A stretch of DNA of 64,000 bases from Candidatus Sysuiplasmataceae archaeon (GTDB taxonomy: Archaea; Thermoplasmatota; Thermoplasmata; Sysuiplasmatales; Sysuiplasmataceae), in the NCBI GenBank assembly GCA_046706185.1, contig JBJKPR010000011.1, forward strand, positions 27,150 through 91,149. Reading direction: 5' to 3'. The notes beneath the pieces were generated by a model. It searched no databases and had not been told where the DNA came from. It worked only from the letters and a program-made list of their open reading frames with translations. The first letter of the stretch is position 1; each line of letters begins with the position of its first letter. The position numbers and the translations under genes are program-made. Positions 35,201 to 42,487 of this stretch are shown here, piece after piece.

Positions 35201-35422
35201 GAAGTAAGAAACAAGCTGTCCGGAGGGGTTTACAGGCCAAATCTCATCAATGAAATGAATAACGTAGTTTCCGCCGACGTTTATGAGTGTGACGTAGACA
35301 GCCACCAGGCCTATGATCGCAAAAGGAACGATGTCAGATCTGCTGAACTCCGGTGGTGGACCTTCAACTGCCGACGAACGGTTGTAAAGCAGGTCCTTCA
35401 TCCGGATGATGAACCCGGTCAA
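32258..35422 (-). CDS. Large polytopic membrane protein, GT-C-fold glycosyltransferase-like N-terminal half plus sequon-rich extracytoplasmic C-terminal half
   Basis: The N-terminal ~470 aa has at least 10 hydrophobic helices. An acidic first loop reads HFIDEIWPVNP. The C-terminal ~550 aa is hydrophilic and N-x-S/T rich, and there is a final TM (ISASLLAASSIICMTLFIV). The start is TTG 35422 or ATG 35401. Confidence 0.6.
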   Translation of the reverse strand: MTGFIIRMKDLLYNRSSAVEGPPPEFSRSDIVPFAIIGLVAVYVTLINVGGNYVIHFIDEIWPVNPSGQLVSYFNAWSGSQMGGLNVLNFFNLPIAAWSTLLSAAGLSIPSQEVITWAGLQALAGIYFYRIVREFFIGRVMPDHIAVPIATVAGIVSFVNYPVQALIWWDGLPSTFLLLGFGFMFVYYTLSMVRVYVSTGRIHPLYVFLMFVSGTLGFSTNIPSNISLLLLTLILVPLPFFGSLTFRKSILKLSVSYALVIVVIAISSLWWLSTSYLASVSDPGYLSSSGSVAQNTAIFLSSTKMMQIPLLFRGMYLPHFQFNAEIYTPFNTFMFDTIGSVASYVFPAILIAGCVSAALYRKRVVLKFAYLLSATFLLSLFMVGVNSPILPLLLELNRNTLLLQILRNPTGSLLYAFEDLLILSLVVALDMIYLTFRRNRLKGDWSMPSPGPGQLSKRRSGVLRMAASATIVVLLLWIPFFSMSTPIYTGDAVPVEPFHARMQIPSYVEDVANYIKHNLTDGYALLYPGRFISQNWTHGYDSYDVLPFLMPNTAVIDGPANFLTDYIYQTIEHANTATMAGYASILSSMGISYVVIEGQVGETPYWSYTKTPDYGTILNGLNVTQGITLAKIIGQDYIYRVDTSPSVFRIGASTIDPSLLSDGYAAQEINITKTFYNLSLINSIYAPAHDFFPSWENNSIVISLNNSTKQSIDANQLEPPLWSPPPTYFNGVPLQINTTIFPYLILNFSTNRNTAISIHVITTPDLSNMSVNELQQNYLFTVAPYNSLGWGDGMLAPAYGGGYYTSSGRNTSMVINLPAVVSNSASKVINYIVIQIYPVSDNGTGLNGVPLLQWPGEQYVRINSIGIGNSYSSNGSFVQPGSALVGNPPPVTDAPPPGMFVVTPVVTAVASDVKLSYVRTSQYSYSINMTDSDTTGKPVLLVFNQNYLLNPWQVQDGRGLSGWEAVRVDYSLIGFLLYPEPGAHTITFTLGLPIQSKFISYIGISASLLAASSIICMTLFIVNRNSWKKRPHTVYYRHLPQTGGCNSLFNRKTE

Positions 35423-35563
35423 CCGACTTCCCCTTACCTTTAAATTCAGTTTTGATGGGTATATTATTGTTTTTACGGTAGACTATTGAGTTAACATAGC
35501 GGCACCGGACCGCTGGCATGGGCAGGCGGTGGCTGCACACCCCTCCCGTGCGTGTATGCCTGC

Positions 35564-38500
35564 CTACTTTCCCCTTCCGCTGCGCCTGTATGCCACAATG
35601 CCGACAGATGCGATAATTACCGCGGATGCGGATGCCAGCAGGACGTCAAGAATGGTCACACCCGTGCCGGCAAGGGTGAAAAGCAGATCATTCCACCATT
35701 GGGACCCTCCACCCTGACCGTTCAGATTGGTGAAGGTTATCTGCAGGTTCGCAGCCTTCCCGGAAACAGCAGCGCTGCCGGAAGCTGGCGATGCAGAGTA
35801 GCTGGCAGGTGAAGTGACCGTGAACAGGTAAGTGCCGTTCTTTTCGGTGAAGACGATGGTTGAGTTTGAGGAGCTGAGCGTAAAACCGTTCATTGTTACA
35901 GACCACTTCTGACCGTTCAGTCCGCTCTCCCTGAATGTGATGCTGTAGGTGCTGTTTTCAGGCGTGAGGCTTGTGAAAGGTATGCCGACTGAAACAGGGT
36001 TTCCATTGACGGTGACGGAGCCGGAGGTGTTGGATGTGTAGCCGGGCACGCTGTCAATCGTGTATGCGTATGTACCGTTTGCCTCGCTGAACCTTATGCT
36101 GCTGCTGTTAGTGCTCAGGTGTGTCACGCCTAAGGTGACACCCCATGTTGTGCCCGTCGGAAGCCCCGACTCTGTGAAAGTGACCCCAAACACCGATGGC
36201 CCCGGCGGTGTAACTATCTGCGAAATGCCTGTGCCGTTTGCAAAGTAAAGCGAGCTGGTTCCGTCTCTGGATGGCGTGTACACGGCGGTTATGTCAGTGT
36301 AGCTGTATCCCGCCTTCACGCTCTTTATGAGTTCGTTCTGCCCGCTTGTCGAATTGTACCTGTAGAGGTTGACTGTGCCGTTGACATGCGCCTGGTTAGG
36401 CAGGGAGAAGAGCACGTTGATGGGCGGCGCAGAGGTTGATGTTGTGGAAATGTAAGTCATGTTTGGCTCAAGCGCCTCCTGATATCTGTAGCCCTGGTAT
36501 GTGAAGTTGGGCTGGACCCCGCCCATTCCGTTGTAGGAGAGCACCCAGGAAGAACCGTTGTAGGTGAAGCTGGGTATGACTGCCCATGACCACATTGCAG
36601 GGTTTGTGTGTGCCGGCGACTGCGGGTTGATCATATAGTCTGAAGTTGCATTCTGCGCAACCGTCGTGTTGAATATGTATGCCCCTCCGGGGCCCGGCAC
36701 AGGCTGCAGGGTTGTGCCATAGCCCATCGGTATTTCGTATGTAATGTCGCTACCGTTGTATCCCTGAGTGAACTGGTCGTACTTTCCCCAGTGGCCGCCG
36801 GGACCGTATGGCCAGTACGGGTTGATGTAGCTCATGCCGCCCGGGGCAGGGTAGTAGAAGAAGTGGTTGCCGATGAGTGTAAGGTTGCCTCCGCCGCCGC
36901 CGTTCTGGTAGGCCTGATCTGTGCCAATAGGCACTGTCAAGTTTGTAAGGTTCATGAACCAGTTGTCTGCTATTGTCACGTTTGCAGCTGTTGCCAGTAT
37001 GTCCTCTGAATGCGGCGGCTGGTACCAGTACATGTAGTTGTCAGGTATGCCGAGCACATACTTCGGACTGTTCAGGAACACATTGTGAGCAACATATCCG
37101 ACCACTCCATGGATTGCAAATTCAATGTTCCCTGCTATACCGTTCCAACCGCTTCCAAAGCTTGGGTGGTCGAAGGTGTTGTATGTGATGTTGATATACG
37201 GCGTTCCCTGCCAGACGACGTTCACGCCGCCCTCCATCCACAGGTCGGAAAAGCCAGCTCCGTTGTGCGCTATTGTATACGCTGTGTAGTTGAAGTAGAT
37301 GTACTGGAACGTGTTGTTGGAGAACTCAACCGCGCCCGGCTGCTGCGATGAGAAAAGCCTGAAGAATGAATACGTCTTTGCATCGTAGACATAAGGGAAG
37401 AGGTTATGGTTGAAGGAGGCAGTCATCTGCTTGCCGTTGAGAGCTATCGGCCTTGTGAGTATGAAAGCACCGAACCCGAGGTCCATGTACGAGTAGTTGA
37501 CCCAGAGAGGACCGTTCAGCTGCAGGTTGATCCTTGCTCCGTAGAAGGGGGGCGGGTTTGCTATGCTGCTTATCACCTGGTCCGCCTGCGCCTGCGTGTA
37601 GTTGAAATTGAAATTGTCGTTGTAGAAGTGCAGCCAGGCGTTGTAGCCGCCCAGTATGGGCGTCACATTTATGTTCGGAAATCCCCAGGTGAAAACTGAG
37701 TAGGAGAAGTTGATATCTCCCATGTATCCTGATGATCCTCCGTTTATGCTGAACGGGAGGTACGGGTGGGTGGGCGATATGCTGTCGTACGCATCTACGA
37801 ACGAGTAGTTGCTCGGTGCCGAGAAGGTGAGTGTGGAGTGTGTGAAATTGACAAATGTGGCGGCAATCTGTCCCACAGCTATCTGAGAGGCGTAGGGCCA
37901 CGTCTGGTTTATGAATGACTGCACAGAGTTGAAGGTGTATATTGCCATGTCAAGGGTCGAGTTGCTCATCATGACGTGTGTGAAATTCAGTACACCCTGG
38001 GCAGAGCCACCCGTGACGACGCTGTTCACGATTGAAACATGGTCGAGGTTTGACACAGTCCTGAAGTTGCCCGAATCGAACACGAAGCCGTTTGTCCCGC
38101 CCGGGACAGTCGTGTTCAGTATGACATCATTGTAGAAGTTGCCGAATACACCGCCGCTTCCCCCGTTCATGTGTATGAAGTACGAATAGGAAGCGTTCAC
38201 GAACCCCATCTCCAGCCCGCCGGCTGCGTTGGGGGTATTAACAGCACCCACACCGAAGAACGTGCTGTGGCTGGCAATCACATCGGTGACGCCGTCACCT
38301 GACTGGAATTCGGGATGGTTGGTGCTGAGGAAGTAGACTGTGGAGTTGACAAAGCTCACGCTCGATGGAATACCCTGCGGTGCATAGCTCTCGTTCATGT
38401 ACACGAGAGCGTTGCTGAAGGCGAGTGAGCTTCCTGAAGAGAAGTGCATCGGGGAAGACACATATGTCGTGCCCCCGTCTATCACGGTCGAGCCCTGGAT

Positions 38501-41500
38501 ATTCCAGGCGCCGTTTCCTGCCGGAAGAGCGGAGCCTGTCAGCTGGCCCGTGGTGTAACTTTCGCCGCTCATTGAGCTGTCCACAATTGAAACAACTGAA
38601 TGCCCCGCCAGCGAATAGGGCTGGGTCGTGACGTTCGACATGTAGTATCTAGCACCCGTCAGCGGGTTCGAGTAGCCGTTGACAAGCAGGCTGTAGGTGT
38701 ACGATGCTGACAGGCCTGTGAAGACAAGGGACCCGTTGGCGGCCGTATAGCCCGACGACAGTGCGCCGTTTCCGGCGCTTGCGTTCAAGAGCGTCACGTA
38801 GAGCTGAGGCATATTGTAACTGCTGCCTGTGTTTGAGCGCTCCGAAAACCAGATGGTTCCGCTTCCGCCGTTGTTGACTCCAACGCTTGTTCCGGAGGAG
38901 GGGAGAAGATATCTTGTAATCGATGAGGAGCCGGGTTTCAGGAGAATCTGCTGCGAGTAGCCGACGACACCGGAGGCCTGCTGTGTGATTTCAATGAAAT
39001 ACCATCCGGCGGGAGCCGAGACGTTGATGTAGCCCGACGTGGAAGTGAAACCGCCATATGCCGCGCCTGTTGTTATGTTAGTCAGAAGCACGTAGGCATG
39101 CTGGGAGGCGGATCTGGAGGATATTGAGCCGTTGTATACGGCTATTTCGAGCGACGAGGCCGGTGCCGAGAGGCTGTCACCTCTCGCAATGCCTGCCGGT
39201 CCGATATGGCCAGAGGCACCCGTTGGCTCCGTCGGTCCGATCTGTGAGAGTGGAACAGTTGGTCCCTGTATGCCCTGCGCTCCTTCACCGGGCGGCGGGC
39301 TGACCTGCGTATACTGATAGGGGAATGGGAAGCCGAAGTACTGCTGCACATTCGATGGTATTGTCGATGCGTAAAACACTGCACTCAGACCATCGGAAGC
39401 AGGCGTGTAGGTCACTGAGGCGGTTGTCACGGGGCTGCTTGCCTGAATACTCTTTACAAGAACACTCCCCTGGCCTGCGGTGTACTTGTAAACGTAGAGC
39501 GTTCCGCCGCTTGTGGGAACGGTGAATTCAAGGTTGACAGAAGGCGCAGATGTGCTTGTGGTCGAGATGGCTGTCTGGTTAGGCTCGACCGAGGTCGTGT
39601 ACTGGTAACCACCGAATGTGAAATTGGGCTGCGGACCTCCCACCAGCCCGTTCTGGTATGATATCATAGGGGCGCCTGACTGTATTGTAACATCTGGCGT
39701 TATGTTCCAGACCCACACGCCCTTGCCTGAATACATCGGGATTGGCGTGACAAAGTGCGATGTGTTGAATACAAATGTACCGCCGGAAACCGCTGTCAGA
39801 GTGCTGTTGTAGAATACAGGGATCTGGTAGCTCATGGCAGAGACTGTGTTCTGGTTTGTCGCCTCCACATTCATGTTCGAGAAGATGGGAACCGAGGACT
39901 CGCCGTATGCGGGGGAATAGTAGAAGTGATTGTCTATCAGCCTGAACTTGCCAGCCCATCCCTGGGGACCGGACTCGTTGTTGTTCCCCCCGATGGGAAT
40001 GATCTGCTCGTTGAGGTTCAGGAAATAGTTGTTGTAAATTGTTCCCGTTCCTGCCCAGATCACTATATCCCAGTAGTATGGATTTGAATGGAACCTGTCC
40101 GGACCGATTGTGTAGGAGTAGTTGTTCTCAAAGAGACTGTATGACACGTTCGCGATCACCTGGCCGGGCCTGCCCTCACCCAGAAGAACATCGACTGGGG
40201 CCGTGTTCGTATCGGCGCTTGTATTGCCTGCAAAGAACGGCTTGAACGTTACATGGGTGACATTGAGATATGCAGGTCCTCCTCCTGCAGGCGGATATTC
40301 GACGTTCATGTCCTCAATCAGCTGCCCCTGGCCGTTGTATGTGTGGCCTGTTATGAGATTTGTGAGTGAGTAGTTCACGTAGACGTATCCCCATGTATCG
40401 TTGGAGTAGGTCACGCTGAACGGCCCCTTGTGCTTCAGGCTCCCGAACAGCTGGTTCTGCATCGTGTCTGCATTGATCTCATTGAGGCCGGTGAAGTAAT
40501 CGTGTGAAAAGGTCATGTTGTTTCCCTGGAAGTTGAACAACCCCCCTGTCACTTCGGTCGTGTAGTTTACGTAGAGAGGATTATCACCTGTGCCGGAGCC
40601 GATAACATGGTAGTCCCAGCCGTTGACGATCTGCTGAACAGTGTAGTTTTCATTGATGTAATCGTCATAAAGGTTTATCCTTGAGCCGCCGGTGAAAACA
40701 TTGATCCATGGAAGCCTGGTCGCCTGGTTGAAGAACATCAGGCTTCTTGTTATGTTGACAGTCCCTGTATTGAAATTTGTATTCCCAACGGACGCCATGT
40801 ATGAGTTGATGTCCATGGCTGGCGGGGGCACGAAGGTCAGATAGATGTTTGTTATGAACACATTCCCGGAGCCGAAGTTGACATACCCGGGCGTTGACGG
40901 AGGGATGGTGTAGGTGACATTCGTATTGTTGTAGTAACCAACCACATTGCTGTACATCTGGGTGCTCGCATTGTTCCTGACTATGTCGTTGGAGAAGACA
41001 GTCATTGTGGTGACAGCTGGACCGAAGAGAGGTGACTGGGATATGACCGAATTCTCAACAATCCCGTTCGCCACGGAAAGCTGTCTGCCGCTCTGCACCT
41101 GAATGAACTGGTCGTTCTGGAAGGTGCCCGCAAGGGCAAGGTTGCCAAGCAGGTACGAGTTTCTGACGCTGTTGCTTATTATGCTTACAGCCTGCCCTGA
41201 GAGCGGGACAGAGCTGGAGGCCGCGTATATTATTGAGTGGTCCATGTAAGGCTCGACGGCGTGCATTGATGCAGGGTCGCCGAAGAGGCTGTCCAGGTTT
41301 GTCAGAATTATGACCGTGGAATTGACGAAGTAGATGTTCAGGCCGCTGCTGCCGCCTGTTCCTGACTGGCTTTCGTTGAAGTAGACCCTGGCGTTCACGA
41401 ATTTCAGCGAGTAGGAGTTGAGGTTCAGCTTCTGGGATATGTATGTCACGCCGCCCGTAACCACTGTGTTGCCAGCAAGCGACCATGAAAAGCCGTTGGG

Positions 41501-42487
41501 AGAATACTGGGTAGGTGATGTCCCCGAAACTGAGCCTGTGGTGGATGTCTTTCCGCCGAGGTTCAGCGGCGAGCTGTCCACGAAGTTCCTTCCGTTGAGC
41601 GTAAACGGTTCGGTGTAGTTGGCAATGTTGTAAACGACACCTGTAAGTTCATTGCTGAAACCGACGAAGCCGAACGAGTAAGAGTATGCAGGATTGACAT
41701 TTGTGAAAATCGCAGTGCCGTTCGAAAGCGCATAAGCTGTCGCAAGCACCGAATTTCCGCTGCTGGCGTTGAGCAGCCGCACTTCCATCTGTGGAAGATG
41801 CGAGTATGTGCCTGTCCCGAAGGGAGCTGTAGGCTGCTCCATGTATACCGTGGACCACTGGGTGGATGAGGGCCCGTTAGACACGCTGGCCGTACCGTAT
41901 GATGATGGAATTAGATACCGTGTGAATGAGCCTGATGAAACAATGTCAACCATCTGAATGAAGTCAGTGTATCCCGCACCTGCAGTGATGCGGAGGAGGT
42001 ACCAGCCCGCAGGCACTGTGAGTGATGAAACACCTGATGAGTCTGTGACGGAGGATGAGCTGTTGCCGTTTGTAACATTGAGGAGCGTCACAGCCACCCC
42101 TGTTGCAGGAGAGTGGGACGACATAGTGCCGTAGTATGCCGTGATGGTTACAGTTGCCGAGACAGGGTTCCATGGCACTGGGCCAGAGTAGTTGACCGGG
42201 CCGATGTGACCCGATGTGCCTATGGTTCCCTGAGGGCCCAGAGCAGAATAGGGGACATCCGGTCCCTGTATTCCCTGGGCGCCTATATTCGAAGGCACAG
42301 ACGGCTGGCCGTACCTGTAGGGGAATGAGAAACCGTTTACTTGTGCGGCAGCAGCAGCGCTGTTCGCCTGGCTGGAGGTTATGACAACTGCTGTGGAGAG
42401 CAGAGTTAGCACTGCGAGCAGTGCTATGAAACGGGCCAGAAAACTCCTGTGGAGCCTGTTACTCGTCCTTGGTGTTTCTTTCGTCAT
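35564..42487 (-). CDS. Giant surface protein (~2300 aa): two tandem ~1000-aa modules, two ~75-aa beta-sandwich-like repeats, C-terminal TM anchor
   Basis: A signal-like N-terminus (RSFLARFIALLAVLTLLSTAVVI) follows ATG 42487. There is an internal duplication with exactly 3000-nt spacing of the GAQGIQGP motif. The protein carries dozens of N-x-S/T sites. The C-terminus is LLASASAVIIASVGIVAYRRSGRGK. Confidence 0.85.
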   Translation of the reverse strand: MTKETPRTSNRLHRSFLARFIALLAVLTLLSTAVVITSSQANSAAAAAQVNGFSFPYRYGQPSVPSNIGAQGIQGPDVPYSALGPQGTIGTSGHIGPVNYSGPVPWNPVSATVTITAYYGTMSSHSPATGVAVTLLNVTNGNSSSSVTDSSGVSSLTVPAGWYLLRITAGAGYTDFIQMVDIVSSGSFTRYLIPSSYGTASVSNGPSSTQWSTVYMEQPTAPFGTGTYSHLPQMEVRLLNASSGNSVLATAYALSNGTAIFTNVNPAYSYSFGFVGFSNELTGVVYNIANYTEPFTLNGRNFVDSSPLNLGGKTSTTGSVSGTSPTQYSPNGFSWSLAGNTVVTGGVTYISQKLNLNSYSLKFVNARVYFNESQSGTGGSSGLNIYFVNSTVIILTNLDSLFGDPASMHAVEPYMDHSIIYAASSSVPLSGQAVSIISNSVRNSYLLGNLALAGTFQNDQFIQVQSGRQLSVANGIVENSVISQSPLFGPAVTTMTVFSNDIVRNNASTQMYSNVVGYYNNTNVTYTIPPSTPGYVNFGSGNVFITNIYLTFVPPPAMDINSYMASVGNTNFNTGTVNITRSLMFFNQATRLPWINVFTGGSRINLYDDYINENYTVQQIVNGWDYHVIGSGTGDNPLYVNYTTEVTGGLFNFQGNNMTFSHDYFTGLNEINADTMQNQLFGSLKHKGPFSVTYSNDTWGYVYVNYSLTNLITGHTYNGQGQLIEDMNVEYPPAGGGPAYLNVTHVTFKPFFAGNTSADTNTAPVDVLLGEGRPGQVIANVSYSLFENNYSYTIGPDRFHSNPYYWDIVIWAGTGTIYNNYFLNLNEQIIPIGGNNNESGPQGWAGKFRLIDNHFYYSPAYGESSVPIFSNMNVEATNQNTVSAMSYQIPVFYNSTLTAVSGGTFVFNTSHFVTPIPMYSGKGVWVWNITPDVTIQSGAPMISYQNGLVGGPQPNFTFGGYQYTTSVEPNQTAISTTSTSAPSVNLEFTVPTSGGTLYVYKYTAGQGSVLVKSIQASSPVTTASVTYTPASDGLSAVFYASTIPSNVQQYFGFPFPYQYTQVSPPPGEGAQGIQGPTVPLSQIGPTEPTGASGHIGPAGIARGDSLSAPASSLEIAVYNGSISSRSASQHAYVLLTNITTGAAYGGFTSTSGYINVSAPAGWYFIEITQQASGVVGYSQQILLKPGSSSITRYLLPSSGTSVGVNNGGSGTIWFSERSNTGSSYNMPQLYVTLLNASAGNGALSSGYTAANGSLVFTGLSASYTYSLLVNGYSNPLTGARYYMSNVTTQPYSLAGHSVVSIVDSSMSGESYTTGQLTGSALPAGNGAWNIQGSTVIDGGTTYVSSPMHFSSGSSLAFSNALVYMNESYAPQGIPSSVSFVNSTVYFLSTNHPEFQSGDGVTDVIASHSTFFGVGAVNTPNAAGGLEMGFVNASYSYFIHMNGGSGGVFGNFYNDVILNTTVPGGTNGFVFDSGNFRTVSNLDHVSIVNSVVTGGSAQGVLNFTHVMMSNSTLDMAIYTFNSVQSFINQTWPYASQIAVGQIAATFVNFTHSTLTFSAPSNYSFVDAYDSISPTHPYLPFSINGGSSGYMGDINFSYSVFTWGFPNINVTPILGGYNAWLHFYNDNFNFNYTQAQADQVISSIANPPPFYGARINLQLNGPLWVNYSYMDLGFGAFILTRPIALNGKQMTASFNHNLFPYVYDAKTYSFFRLFSSQQPGAVEFSNNTFQYIYFNYTAYTIAHNGAGFSDLWMEGGVNVVWQGTPYINITYNTFDHPSFGSGWNGIAGNIEFAIHGVVGYVAHNVFLNSPKYVLGIPDNYMYWYQPPHSEDILATAANVTIADNWFMNLTNLTVPIGTDQAYQNGGGGGNLTLIGNHFFYYPAPGGMSYINPYWPYGPGGHWGKYDQFTQGYNGSDITYEIPMGYGTTLQPVPGPGGAYIFNTTVAQNATSDYMINPQSPAHTNPAMWSWAVIPSFTYNGSSWVLSYNGMGGVQPNFTYQGYRYQEALEPNMTYISTTSTSAPPINVLFSLPNQAHVNGTVNLYRYNSTSGQNELIKSVKAGYSYTDITAVYTPSRDGTSSLYFANGTGISQIVTPPGPSVFGVTFTESGLPTGTTWGVTLGVTHLSTNSSSIRFSEANGTYAYTIDSVPGYTSNTSGSVTVNGNPVSVGIPFTSLTPENSTYSITFRESGLNGQKWSVTMNGFTLSSSNSTIVFTEKNGTYLFTVTSPASYSASPASGSAAVSGKAANLQITFTNLNGQGGGSQWWNDLLFTLAGTGVTILDVLLASASAVIIASVGIVAYRRSGRGK
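36284..42283 (-). repeat. Tandem intragenic duplication: two 3000-nt (1000-codon) modules, anchored on the GAQGIQGP motif
   Basis: The motif codons lie at 42260..42283 and 39260..39283, exactly 3000 nt apart and in frame. The module ends are colinear (GGPQPNFTFGGYQY / GGVQPNFTYQGYRY; STSAPSVNLEF / STSAPPINVLF; YTPASDG / YTPSRDG). Confidence 0.7.
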
